DNA of 63,983 nt, counting the filler, from Octopus bimaculoides (taxonomy: Eukaryota): the NCBI RefSeq assembly GCF_001194135.2. It is 6 parts of 6 records of this genome, joined end to end, with 100 filler letters (N's around TTAATTAATTAA, not from the genome) between each part and the next. Parts side by side here need not be neighbours in the genome. Positions count along the whole stretch, not along the records: positions 1 to 16,595 come from NC_069008.1; 5 more parts are not named here. One strand, given 5' to 3'. The notes beneath the pieces were generated by a model, which saw nothing but the letters and a program-made list of their open reading frames with translations, was not told the DNA's origin and did no database searches. The translations under genes were made by a program, and so were the position numbers. Every line of letters starts with the position of its first letter. Position 1 is the stretch's first letter. This document shows, piece by piece, positions 1 to 11,148 of the stretch.

Positions 1-574
1 GGTGAAGGAGTACAGCAGGGTTCGCCACCCACCCCCTGCCGGAGTCTCGTGGAGCTTTAGGTGTTTTTCGCTCAATAAACACTCACAACGCCCAGTCTGG
101 GAATCGAAACCGCGATCGTATGACCGCGTGTCCGCTGCCCTTACCACTGGGCCATTGCACCTCCATGGTCACTGCCACCATCACCAGCACTACAAGCTCT
201 ACCACTGCCGCCACCGCCATCACCATCAACATTATCAAAGCTATCAGCACCACCACAATCACCACCACAAACACCACAGCCATCTTACCCTCAAAACATT
301 TAGCAAATATGACATTAACACCCAACATCTGTGATTCAATCAACCATGTCATTCACTCACTCAGATGTCTTAGCCAAACTGTCATCTAGGGGCAGCGCTG
401 GATTAACCATTAAGCAGAATAAGCACATGCTTAGGGCATCAAGGGAAGGAGGAGGGGGCACCACAGAAATGGTAAATGGTTTACGGCACAAAAGAAATCA
501 CTTTAAACTTGCCAAAATAATATTCGGGACGTCTTTATCTCTACTAAGTATAGATGCAGATACGTTACCTGGTG

Positions 575-719
575 TGCTGGCAGGAACATTAGCATGCTGG
601 ATGAAATTGCTTACCGGTATTTCACACGTCGCTACATTCTGAGTTCAAATTCCGCTGAGGTTGACTTTGCCTTTCATCCTTTCAGGGTCGATAAATTAAG
701 TACCAGTTACACACTGGGG
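575..719 (+). mobile_element. tRNA-derived SINE family B
   Basis: gctggcagga...ttctgagttcaaattccg...gactttgcctttcatcctttc.gggtcgataaattaagtacc; cut by a gap. Confidence 0.8.
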
Positions 720-1480
720 NNNNNNNNNNNNNNNNNNNNNNNNNNNNNNNNNNNNNNNNNNNNNNNNNNNNNNNNNNNNNNNNNNNNNNNNNNNNNNNNN
801 NNNNNNNNNNNNNNNNNNNNNNNNNNNNNNNNNNNNNNNNNNNNNNNNNNNNNNNNNNNNNNNNNNNNNNNNNNNNNNNNNNNNNNNNNNNNNNNNNNNN
901 NNNNNNNNNNNNNNNNNNNNNNNNNNNNNNNNNNNNNNNNNNNNNNNNNNNNNNNNNNNNNNNNNNNNNNNNNNNNNNNNNNNNNNNNNNNNNNNNNNNN
1001 NNNNNNNNNNNNNNNNNNNNNNNNNNNNNNNNNNNNNNNNNNNNNNNNNNNNNNNNNNNNNNNNNNNNNNNNNNNNNNNNNNNNNNNNNNNNNNNNNNNN
1101 NNNNNNNNNNNNNNNNNNNNNNNNNNNNNNNNNNNNNNNNNNNNNNNNNNNNNNNNNNNNNNNNNNNNNNNNNNNNNNNNNNNNNNNNNNNNNNNNNNNN
1201 NNNNNNNNNNNNNNNNNNNNNNNNNNNNNNNNNNNNNNNNNNNNNNNNNNNNNNNNNNNNNNNNNNNNNNNNNNNNNNNNNNNNNNNNNNNNNNNNNNNN
1301 NNNNNNNNNNNNNNNNNNNNNNNNNNNNNNNNNNNNNNNNNNNNNNNNNNNNNNNNNNNNNNNNNNNNNNNNNNNNNNNNNNNNNNNNNNNNNNNNNNNN
1401 NNNNNNNNNNNNNNNNNNNNNNNNNNNNNNNNNNNNNNNNNNNNNNNNNNNNNNNNNNNNNNNNNNNNNNNNNNNNNNNN

Positions 1481-1524
<44 letters not shown>

Positions 1525-1597
1525 ACAGTCTATCACCTATGGTGTTCCACAGAGTTTGGTTTTTCTTTTCTTCCATGCTTCCGCCTACACATCAGAG

Positions 1598-1770
1598 GAT
1601 GCATAGCCTAGTGGTTTGGGTGCTGCACTCCCGATCATGACATTGTGGTTTCAGTTCCTGAATCAGGTAGTGCATTGTGTTCTTGAGCAGAACACTTCAT
1701 CTCACATTGATCTGTGATCACTTTTGACACCTGACATCCAGTACACTATACACCTGTTCAGGTAACATCA
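1598..1770 (+). mobile_element. tRNA-headed SINE family C (related pieces at 2805-2905 + and 1-130 -)
   Basis: gcatagcctagtgg..ggtttcagttcc..gtgttcttgagcagaacact. Confidence 0.6.
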
Positions 1771-1791
1771 ATTTGATGGAGGGATTGATCA

Positions 1792-1983
1792 CTCTTTTAC
1801 TCTATTACTTGTTTCAGTCATTTGACTGTGGCCATGCTGGAGCACCGCCTTTAGTCGAGCAAATCAACCCCAGGACTTATTCGTTGCAAACCTAGTACTT
1901 ATTCTATCGGTGTCTTTTGCCGAATCGCCAAGTTACGGGGACGTAAACACACCAGCATTGGTTGTCAAGCGATGTTGGTGAGG

Positions 1984-2024
<41 letters not shown>

Positions 2025-2199
2025 CGACGGGCTTCTTTCAGTTTCCGTTTACCAAATCCACTCACAAGGCTTTGGTCAGCCCGAGGCTATAGTAAAACAC
2101 ACTTGCCCAAGGTGCCAGACAGTGGGACTGAACCTGGGACTGAACTTGGAACCATGTGGTTGGGAAGCAAGCTACTTACCACACAGCCACTCCTGCGCC
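1792..2199 (-). mobile_element. tRNA-derived SINE family A (internal (CA)/(TA) microsatellite)
   Basis: Head ggcgcaggagtggctgtgtggtaag..ggttcagtccc; ccttgggcaagtgt; tail ggcggtgctccagcatggcc..gactgaaacaagtaa. Many copies in the window. Confidence 0.85.
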
Positions 2200-2644
2200 T
2201 TATATATATATATATATACTTTATTTAAAAGCAGCAGAAATATAACAAAAAAAACGTTACTCTGAGTTTCGCGTTCCCGTTCATCGGACAGTTTTGTATA
2301 TAAATTTGATAGAAACAGCTAGGCGCAATGTGATACTGTGTGTGTGTGTATGTCACATGAACCCAGGACCACAGATCAGTGAAGAGTTTAAAGTATTACA
2401 AACATACATATTTTAACTTTTTTTTTTTTTCTATATTTTGTATTCATTTTTGAATTTTGTGATGTTTTAACAAAAATAGGTTAGAAAGCAAACAGTGTCT
2501 CAAATGACATTTTGTAGTATTTGTAATGTAGGAGACGACAGAAGGGTCATCAGAAACTAAGGAAGAAAATAAATAAACACAGCAAAGTTAGAGGAGGCAA
2601 GAAATATGCCTACACTTACTTCTAAATTTAAACAACAAGAACGA

Positions 2645-2804
2645 ATCGATTGTTAGTGATATGTGTGGGGTAGTGAAGAAGTGGCTCAAAGAACAGTCAA
2701 CAGAATTTTACGGGGCAGGGATACATGCTCTCTTTCGAAGGTGGAAGATTGCTATTGAGAGAAACGGTGACTATGTTCAGAAGTGGGGATGTGATCCACA
2801 GAGG
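2645..2804 (+). mobile_element. Mariner transposase C-terminal remnant
   Basis: VKKWLKEQSTEFYGAGIHALFRRWKIAIERNGDYVQK matches the mariner C-terminal motif FYxxGIxxLxxRWxxxIxxxGDY. Cut off by a SINE. Confidence 0.8.
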
Positions 2805-3039
2805 AAGGCGCATGGCTCAGTGGTTACAGCATCAACCTTACGATCGTGAGGTTGTGAGTTTGAATCCCGGTCCGGGCTGCATGTTCTGTTCTTGAGCAAA
2901 ACACTGGATGCTTTCATCAGATATGTCTCAGACACATTCTGAATGTTGGCTGGAACTTAAAAGCTCCAGACACATAGGTCCTGAGGACAGCTGATATCTA
3001 GAGTATTGAGGCGATGGTGTACAAGCACTGGTTACATTT

Positions 3040-3295
3040 GTCGTTTAACGTCCGCTTTCCATGCTAGCATGGGTTGGACGATTTGACTGAGGACTGGTGA
3101 AACCAGATGGCTACACCAGGCTCCAATCTGATATGGCAGAGTTTCTACAGCTGGATGCCCTTCCTAACGCCAACCACTCCAAGAGTGTAGTGGGTGCTTT
3201 GACGTGCCACTGGCATGAAGGCCAGTCAGGCAGTACTGGCAACAGCCACGCTCAAAATGGTGTCTTTTACGTGCCACCTGCACAGGAGCCAGTCC
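3040..3295 (-). mobile_element. RTE 3' UTR copy
   Basis: tttaacgtccgctttccatgctagcatggg...ctggatgcccttcctaacgccaacc. Confidence 0.8.
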
Positions 3296-3484
3296 TTTGT
3301 TTCAATTAATTTTGAAAATGATAAAGAATTTAGTAAAATAATTTTCTTCTCAATCTGATGTTTGGAACGTAAATCAACACAAAATTTTGAAAGAATAATT
3401 TAATACAGTTCTATATTTAAGAGACGAGGAATTATGTACATTATTTACATTTGACGGATATTTGTCCTCATCTTGTTTGTTGTT

Positions 3485-3530
3485 AACACAACGTTTCGGT
3501 TGATATACCCTCCAGTCTTCATCAGGTGTC
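3485..3530 (-). ncRNA. Decayed minimal type I hammerhead motif (Penelope/retrozyme-like)
   Basis: GACAC-CTGATGA-a-GACTG..CAACC-GAAAC-GT-T-GTGTT; stem II has 2 mismatches. Confidence 0.55.
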
Positions 3531-3593
3531 TTGGGGAAATTTTGAACCTGGGTTCTCATTCCTAACGTATTTTTTGATGTTATTATTATTATG

Positions 3594-3820
3594 GCGAGCT
3601 GGCAGAATCGTTAGCACGCCAGGTGAAATGCTTAACGGTATTGCATCTACTGCTACATTCTGAGTTCAAATTCCGCCAAGGTCAACTTTGCCTTTCATCC
3701 TTTCGGGGTCGATTAAATAAGTACCGGTTACGCACTGGGGTCGATGTAATCTTCTTAGTCCCTTTGTCTGTCCTTGTTTGTCCCCTCTGTATTTAGCTCC
3801 CCTTGTGGGCAATAAAGAAT
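3594..3820 (+). mobile_element. SINE family B with Tx1-like tail
   Basis: Full copy inserted in (TAT)n; tail ttgtttgtcccctctgtatttagc...gtgggcaataaagaa. Confidence 0.85.
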
Positions 3821-4020
3821 TTATTATTATTATTATTCAGTTCTGTATTTAAGAGACGAGGAATTATGTACATTATTTACATTTGACGGATATTTGTCCT
3901 CATCTTGTTCATTGTTAACATGTTTTGGATGATATACCCTCCAGCCTACATCAGATGTCTTGGGGAAATTTCAAACCTGGGTTCTCATTCCTAACGTATT
4001 TTTCGATGTTGCTATTATTG

Positions 4021-4231
4021 TCTCTGCACAGCTTCTAACGCTGGGGATGTACTACGGTGTCAGCTGTTCCCTACCAGTGAACTAAGGTAACACCTCTTAT
4101 TTTTCGAGCACCTTCCGGAGTATTCGAGCGGTTCCAAGCAGTGCTGTTTTCTGCAAGTGCTCCACCCTTATTGCAGCCCCTATTTGTTCCATGTACTTCT
4201 CAAGATTTTTGGTCACTGTTCCCAGGGCTCC
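4021..4231 (-). mobile_element. R4/Dong-type non-LTR 3' fragment
   Basis: GALGTVTKNLEKYMEQIGAAIRVEHLQKTALLGTARILRKVLEK* (4231-4097) plus short 3' UTR; flanked by (TAT)n. Confidence 0.8.
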
Positions 4232-4256
4232 GACAAATATTTGTACTACTGCTACT

Positions 4257-4301
<45 letters not shown>

Positions 4302-4372
4302 TTCCATATTTAAGAGATGAGGAATTATTTACTTTTGACAGATATTTGTCCTTATCTTGTTTGTTGTTAACA

Positions 4373-4488
4373 GGCATAGTGCTTAAGAGGGCAGGCAACT
4401 AACTCCAAGATTCCAAGTTCAATTCCAGGCAGTGACCTGAATAATAATAATAATATTGAAAAATATCTTAGGAATGAGAACCCAGGTT
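4373..4488 (+). mobile_element. tRNA-like head joined to the hammerhead-repeat sequence
   Basis: A-box-like aggcatagtgc, B-box-like agttcaattcc (4416-4426), (AAT)n, then ttaggaatgagaacccaggtt, the reverse complement of 3545-3565. Confidence 0.6.
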
Positions 4489-4606
4489 ATCACATTCACA
4501 ATTGTCTTTTTCTTTATAGAGAAGAACTACATTAGTGTCTACAAATTGTTGTGGAATTACTCTTGTGTTCCATATATCTTTTACTAGCTGAGTGAGTTCT
4601 TTAGAC
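4488..4606 (-). mobile_element. RTE-clade RT remnant (piece B)
   Basis: SKELTQLVKDIWNTRVIPQQFVDTNVVLLYKEKDN. Confidence 0.7.
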
Positions 4607-4692
4607 AGAGGGCTCCCACTATACACACACACACACACACATTCACATATGCACAAATATTTTCATACACAAACATACATGATGCACCGGTA

Positions 4693-4803
4693 CCATCCAT
4701 AGCAGAAAGTGAAGTATCTATCAAATGATTGTCTAATGGAAAAGACCCTGGGGTGGACAGAATTCCTGCAGAAATTCTAATATATGGTCATGATACTCTA
4801 GAA
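4693..4803 (+). mobile_element. RTE-clade RT remnant (piece A)
   Basis: PSIAESEVSIK*LSNGKDPGVDRIPAEILIYG (GKxPGxDxIPAE motif). Confidence 0.75.
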
Positions 4804-4846
4804 GTGTGTGTATGTGGGTGTGTGTGGGTGTGTGTGTGTGTGCATA

Positions 4847-4886
<40 letters not shown>

Positions 4887-5006
4887 NNNNNNNNNNTGTG
4901 TGTGTGTGTGTATATATATATATAGATGTGTATATATATATATATATATAGATATGTGTATATATATATATATATATAGATATGTGTGTATATATATATA
5001 TAGATA

Positions 5007-5064
<58 letters not shown>

Positions 5065-5309
5065 AAGAGAGAGATATGTATGTATTATCATCATCATCAT
5101 CATCATCATTGTTTAACGTCCGCTTTCCATGCTAGCATGGGTTGGACGATTTGACTGAGGACTGGTGAAACCGGATGCATACATACATATATATATATAT
5201 ATGTATGCATGCATATATATCTATCTACCAAACATACATGCATGTGCATATGCATCTTTCATCCGTATACATGTGTGTGTGTGTGCATATGTGTGTGTGT
5301 GTGTGTGTG

Positions 5310-5351
<42 letters not shown>

Positions 5352-5872
5352 GGCATGCATATATATGTGTATATGTATGCATAAATATATATATATAAAG
5401 GCATGTATACATATAGATATGTACTTTTATCTGTATATATATATATAAATATATATATATGTATATATATATATGTATATAAACATATATATACACACGT
5501 GTGTGTGTTTGTGTAAATATAAATATCTAACGGAGAGAAATAGGTGAGTGACTGGGGTCTTTAGGGGACAGGTGGCAGAGTTTAAACAACAGAAATGAAA
5601 CAATATGGAGCAGAGCAGTATGAAAAGGGTTAAAGAAAGGATGGCATGAAAATTCTTAAAAATTGACACGAATAGCAAATTTTAATAAAATAAAAAAAGA
5701 AAAAGCTCAAAAACAACAACAACAACCGAATGATGACTCGTTATCAGATGTAATTATAAAAGTAGGGCCACTGAATAATGAGTTCAATAGTTTTCTTTCC
5801 TTTTTTTTTTTCTCCTTTTTCTCCTTTTTTTTTTTAAACATTTTATCTTCTGCTTGTTGCTGAGTTCATCAA

Positions 5873-5888
5873 CGGACTTTGGGACTTC
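5873..5888 (-). promoter_or_regulatory. HNF4-like (DR1) site
   Basis: Reverse complement GAAGTCCCAAAGTCCG matches the HNF4 CAAAGTCC core, about 20 nt upstream of TATA. TTATCT GATA site at 5843-5848. Confidence 0.45.
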
Positions 5889-5905
5889 TATTGTACAATA
5901 ATGGC

Positions 5906-5913
5906 TATAAAAA
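5906..5913 (+). promoter_or_regulatory. TATA box of LLTP gene
   Basis: TATAAAAA with an Inr-like CCAGTC about 30 nt downstream, ahead of ATG 5989. Confidence 0.7.
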
Positions 5914-5988
5914 CGTCCCGTTTCGATTGCTTCACCAGTCCTTGACTCCTGATGTTGTGTGCTAATACCCCATCAGTATTCAAAGATA

Positions 5989-6043
5989 ATGCAGCCTGCT
6001 TATTTCGCTTTTCTCGCTACTCTTGTAGCACTTGGACATGCGG
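5989..6043 (+). CDS. Large lipid transfer protein (apolipophorin/apoB-like) exon 1, signal peptide
   Basis: ATG 5989 gives MQPAYFAFLATLVALGHA(G), a hydrophobic signal peptide. Donor GTAAGT at 6044, phase 1. TATA box about 80 nt upstream. Confidence 0.88.
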
Positions 6044-6211
6044 GTAAGTAACAATATTCTGGAAACTTCCTCTCATTTCATTTCATCTCATTTCACACTA
6101 TTTATTTATTTATTCATTTATTTTATTTAGTCATCTCTTCAATATGATGCCTTGTCTCAGGTTTCTTTTATTTTCCATCTGTCTTGTACCTTTTATACAC
6201 ACACACACACA

Positions 6212-6619
6212 CTCTTTTACTCGTTTCAGTCATTTGACTGTGGCCATGCTGGAGCACCGCCTTTTTTTTAGTCGAGCAAATCGACCCCCAGGACTTATTC
6301 TTCGTAAGCCTAGTACTTATTCTATCGGTCTCGTTTGCTGAACCGCTAAGTTACGAGGGACGTAAACACCCCAGCATCGGTTGTCAAACGATGTTGTGGG
6401 GGACAAACACAGACAGACACACACACATACACACGCACACACACACATATATACGACAGGCTTCTTTCAGTTTCCGTCTACCAAATCCACTCACAAGGCT
6501 TTGGTCGGCCCGAGGCTATAATAGTAGAAGACACTTGCCCAAAGTGCCACGCAGTGGGACTGAACCCGGAACCATGTGGTTCGTTAGCAAGCTACTTACC
6601 ACACAGCTACTCCTACGCC
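6212..6619 (-). mobile_element. SINE family A
   Basis: Full-length copy of 1792-2199. Confidence 0.85.
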
Positions 6620-6663
6620 TATAAACACATATACATACATGTATGTGTGTGTATATATATATC

Positions 6664-6701
<38 letters not shown>

Positions 6702-6711
6702 AACACATATA

Positions 6712-7095
6712 CATCATCATCGTCATCATCATTTAACGTCCATTGTCCATGCTGGCATGGGTTGGACTTTTTGACTGGGTTGGCATGCTTGAAAGGCTGC
6801 ACCAGGATCCAGTCTGGTTTGGCATGGTTTTCTACAGCTGCATGCCCTTCCTAATGCCAACCACTCTGAGAGTGTAATGGGTGCTTTTACATGCCATTTG
6901 CATGACACCGATATCTAGCGTGACTGCAATTTTGCTCAGCTTGTTGGGTCTTCTCAAGCATGACATAATGCCAAAAGCATTGGTTATTGCCTCCGTGAGG
7001 CCCAACACTCGAATGGAACTCAACCACTTTGCCTTCATATGGCCCAGAAGCTTGGTCACTTTGCCTCCGTAAGGCCCAGTGCTCGAAAGAAACTC
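6712..7095 (-). mobile_element. RTE 3' UTR copy
   Basis: (CAT)n plus the same UTR motifs as 13112-13735. Confidence 0.8.
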
Positions 7096-7384
7096 AGCCA
7101 CCATGTATGTCTGTATATGTATATATATATATATATACACACACACACATAAATATATACAATATATATAGAGATACATACAAATATGTATATATTTGTA
7201 TGTGTGTGTATGTGTATAAATATGTGTATGTATGTATATATATATATATTGTATTTATATATATGCATATATAAACATGTGTATATATATATATAGGAGA
7301 ATTTACGAAAAAAACAACAACACACGAGGACAGGTGGTGTAAACAACAAAAGGATGTATTAGTTTAACATACCATACATCCATT

Positions 7385-7461
<77 letters not shown>

Positions 7462-7589
7462 CATACATATACACACATATGTATATATATATATATACAC
7501 TTACACATATATGCACACGCATGTTTTCATACACAAACGTACACAGTCATTACTATTATCATTATTATTATCATTATTATTATTCATTA

Positions 7590-7680
7590 TTCTTTTAACT
7601 CAGTTTCTGTTGGAACTCTTCGAGCCTGGCATGTGTATGTAGTGGGTTTGTTTCTTGCAGCTTACAGCACCATGTTATCC
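7590..7680 (-). mobile_element. R4/Dong 3' UTR fragment
   Basis: Homologous to 28295-28380 (gttggaactctt...ctgcagc.tacag.accac); abuts (TAT)n. Confidence 0.65.
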
Positions 7681-7799
7681 ATTCTCTTTAACTAGCTCCC
7701 TCCCCCCAAAAAATCTTCACGGGTCTGTGCCAAGAGTAGAAATGATTATTATTATTATCATTATTATTATTATTATTGTTGTTATTGTTGTTATTGACA

Positions 7800-7976
7800 A
7801 AATGCTTAGAGACATTTCGACTGTCTTAATATTCTAAGTTCAAATCCCACCAAGGTTGACTTTACCTTTGATCCCCTTGCAAGATCGACAAAACAAATAT
7901 TAGTTGAGCACTGTGGTTGATGTAATCAACTTGTCCCTCCCTTGAAATTGGTGGCCTTGTGCCAAAATTTGAAGCC
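7800..7976 (+). mobile_element. SINE family B (alternative tail)
   Basis: Core plus ccttgtgccaaaatttgaa tail. Confidence 0.75.
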
Positions 7977-8000
7977 GTTATTATTATTATTATTATCCAC

Positions 8001-8604
8001 TTGTTTTATGATATCATTTACGAGACACCCATTCAGACGAGTAAGAAGAATATTTGCCAGAACCTTGCCAGCAGTTGATAATAGAGCAATACCTCTGTAG
8101 TTACCACACATTGTTCTGGCTCCTTTTCCTTTATAGAGGGGAAGAATAATTGCATCCTTCCAGTCCTTAGGGATTGCACCATCCCTCCAGACTGCACTAA
8201 TAAGTTCATGAAGGGACTGTGTGATGTAATTACCACCAAATCGCAAGACCTCAGCACAAATTCCATCCTTTCCAGGTGCCCTACCAAGGTTCAATTTACT
8301 TATTGATGTCATTACTTCATCTATTGAGGGCGAAGAGTCTAAAGGAGCCAATGATAGAGTCTTTGTTGCATAGTATCAATCACTGTTTCATCCACAACTG
8401 ACTCATGGTTTAGGAGTTCAGAGAAGTGTTCGATCCAGCGACCTGTGATTTCTGTTGATTTAGTAAACAGGGTGGAAGACTCCTTGGAAAGCAAAGGAGC
8501 TGATGTGGGGCTCTTAGGTCCATAAGCTTGCTTCATAAGATGGTAAAGCTTCTTGCTGTCATTTGCATCAGCAGCAGCCTGAACATCACGAGCAAGATCC
8601 TCCC
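8001..8604 (-). mobile_element. RTE/BovB-like LINE RT fragment in LLTP intron 1
   Basis: Two frameshifted ORFs: ...KKLYHLMKQAYGP...RWIEHFSELLN and ...GRAPGKDGICAEVLRFGG...DWKDAIILPLYKGKG...NYRGIALLSTAGKVLANILLTRL. Confidence 0.92.
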
Positions 8605-8658
8605 ATACATACATACATACATACATATGTTATAATATGTGTAATTTCTATATTCCAG

Positions 8659-8715
8659 GTCCAATCCAGATGAGAGGTGGTCGAGACCAGACAACTTGTG
8701 CCAAAACATGTACAG
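8659..8715 (+). CDS. LLTP exon 2
   Basis: tattccag|GT...ACAG|gtaatg; 57 nt, phase 1-1; encodes (G)PIQMRGGRDQTTCAKTCT(G), with the CxxxC typical of apolipophorin N-termini. Confidence 0.85.
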
Positions 8716-8919
8716 GTAATGTAATGTTTTATATATATATATGTCAGCAAGGTGTATATAACACCATTTACATATGATGATCTCTAAATATATTATTGTC
8801 TCATGTCCAAAATATATGTGTGTGTGGATGTATGAGTATATATGTATGTGTGTGTGTCTGTCTGTACCAACAATTTTCTTTGAGATGTTGAAGTTTGTTG
8901 TTTTCTCTGCAAATGTCAG

Positions 8920-9080
8920 GAAGCAACAAGTTCGGCTATAAATCAGGAATCGTCTACCAATATGAATATGCTGGCACCGCTTCAATCCAGATAAAGAAAG
9001 CCTTCAGTGATCAACCAACGATATCAATGAGGACAAAAGTGGAGATAGAACCTGTGTCCAAATGTGAAATGATCATGAGG
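8920..9080 (+). CDS. LLTP exon 3, start of Vitellogenin_N domain
   Basis: tgtcag|GA...AGG|gtaggt; phase 1-0; SNKFGYKSGIVYQYEYAGTASIQIKKAFSDQPTISMRTKVEIEPVSKCEMIMR resembles the apoB/apolipophorin N-terminus (YxYxY...KVExE...C). Confidence 0.93.
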
Positions 9081-9442
9081 GTAGGTTATCTTTCATTCAG
9101 ACTTAGTATATCTTGGACTCAATGAGATGTTGTGTCCTTTCTTGTTATTCTTTAGCCCCAGTTCTGATTTAGCAAACCTGTGGTCAAAGATGCTCAAACA
9201 TAATGCACCTAGGACTACATTATCTAATGTGATTTTTTTTTCTTCTTGTTGTTCTTATACCACAGATCCATTATAATATCTGTGATCAAAGCATTTCCAA
9301 TTCTGATCATCTCTTCTTTTATTCAGTCTAAATGTATCAAGGATTATATTGTCATAAGTGACTTTTCTTTTCAAGAGAGCATAATTATGATTTGAAAGAG
9401 ATATAGCTATGTACATACATGTGCATAGTAGAATATAGAAGA

Positions 9443-9473
<31 letters not shown>

Positions 9474-9476
<3 letters not shown>

Positions 9477-9660
9477 CACAGGAGTGGCTGTGTGGTAAGT
9501 AGCTTGCTTACCAACCACATTCTTCTGGGTTCAGTCCCACTGTGGCACCTTGGGCAAGTGTCTTTCACTATAGCCCTGGACTAATCAGATATATATATAT
9601 ATATATATATTTATTTATGTGTTTCAGCCAAGTGGCTGCGGTCATGCTGGTGCACCACCG
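9474..9660 (+). mobile_element. SINE family A, deleted copy
   Basis: Head plus partial tail. Confidence 0.7.
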
Positions 9661-9806
9661 TGAGTATATAAAATTTAAAGAAAAAAACCCACGATTATTT
9701 AATTCATCCATGAAAATCCACAATCACATATAGAAAAATTTAATAAGTAAATACACTAAAAAGACAACAAACAGATATGTTAGTTTAACGCTTGGGAAGT
9801 GAAAAA

Positions 9807-9845
9807 GTCTTTAATGTTTCGAGCCTATGCTCTTCCTCGGAAAGG
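9807..9845 (-). ncRNA. Degenerate minimal hammerhead motif in LLTP intron 3
   Basis: cttt-CCGAGGA-a-GAGC-atag-GCTC-GAAAC-att-aaag; core mutated, stem II intact. Confidence 0.35.
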
Positions 9846-10243
9846 AACACAGAAAGAAACAAGGAGAAAAAAAAAAGAATGTGTAGTGGCTATCGATCTA
9901 TCGATTAATATAGATAGATGGTAGATAGATAGATAGGTATAAGTATATGTATACATATATGTTTATATTACACACACACACAAAGGGAGATGGTGGGAGT
10001 GTATAACCTATTAAATTGACATCTTTATCAACTGTCATCCTTTCACCTTTAGGTAACCATTTCTCCTGCCTCTGCTGTTTTATCTATAGGAAACACTTCT
10101 CTCCTCTTTTTCTTCATACTACTTGTCACAGAAAAAAAACAAAAAAACATCCCTGTTACAAATTCTGTAAAATCTGTAAAATGTAAAATATCTATGAATT
10201 ATTGATTTTTTTTTTTGTTTTTTTTTCTTTTTGTTTGTTATAG

Positions 10244-10468
10244 ATCACGGAAGCCACTCTCAATAATGTTGAAGATGCTTCGCAAAGCACCCGCTTCCAG
10301 CAAGCTCTTACAGAACATTCTTTGAGATTTGCCTTCCAGGATGGCGTAATCAGTGCTATTTGCCCAGAATCAGGTGAATCAGCAAGGATCTTGAACATCA
10401 AACGTGGTATTTTGTCAGCTTTCCAAAACTCCATGGATAGCTTTGACTCGTATACCGAGACATACGAG
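10244..10468 (+). CDS. LLTP exon 4
   Basis: Long pyrimidine tract then tag|ATC...GAG|gttggt; 225 nt, phase 0-0; contains SLRFAFQDG and ILNIKRGILSAFQ, the conserved LLTP motif. Absent from the ORF track. Confidence 0.95.
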
Positions 10469-10599
10469 GTTGGTTGACATATATTACTCATATGACTCAA
10501 TAAAGTTACACCTTGTTTGGTATGTCCTTTATCATGCATGGTGGGCAGAAAGTCACGCACCAAAACATTTGCCATTTTATTCATATTGCGTTATTATTT

Positions 10600-10795
10600 A
10601 TTTCTTTATTGCCCACAGGGGGCTGAACATAGAGAGGACAAACAAGGGGATTAAGTCGATTACATCGACCCCCAGTGCGTAACTGGTACGTATTTAATCG
10701 ACCCCGAAAGGATGAAAGGCAAAGTCGACCTCAACGAAATTTGAACTGAGAACGTAACGGCAGACGAAATACAGCTAAGCATTTTGTCTGCCAGC
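10600..10795 (-). mobile_element. SINE family B with Tx1-like tail, LLTP intron 4
   Basis: Reverse complement of the 3594-3820 type. Confidence 0.8.
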
Positions 10796-11148
10796 TCATT
10801 ATTATTGTTATTATTGAGTGAGAGAGCAGTGCATGCCATCAAAGTGACACTGGGGTCAAATATACGAAGCCCAATATACCCATCATGACTACCCGTCTGA
10901 TAAGGGTACACCAGGCGCATGCATCACAACCATATGTGCACGACATGGTGATTTCATATCAAGATAAACAGCGCATGATGTAAACAAACGCACATGGTTG
11001 CTTGGCATTTCTGGGTATTCTAACGAAAGATCACCCAAGAAAGAGAATAGCATACATGCATATATACATATGTGCATGCGTACATACTTGAGCACACACA
11101 CACACACACACATACGCATGTTTGTATATGTTTCCTTTGTAATTTCAG

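Larger units (their letters stand above)
3406..4372 (-). repeat. Tandem ~180-bp hammerhead-bearing repeat, 3 units, interrupted by insertions
   Basis: Units at about 3406-3582, 3838-4015 and 4298-4372 (truncated) share cagttc..atttaagaga.gagg...gtttgttgttaac and are separated by (TAT)n. Confidence 0.8.

Noticed and set aside
2-389. His/Thr-rich ORFs
   Set aside because: Produced by degenerate (CAC/CAT)n sequence next to a SINE piece.
385-570. Possible hAT-type terminus (cagcgctggattaacc...)
   Set aside because: No second TIR or TSD is visible before the SINE and gap.
2805-2880. tRNA-like sequences (here and in SINE heads)
   Set aside because: A/B boxes continue into SINE bodies and no intact cloverleaf was found; these are not tRNA genes.
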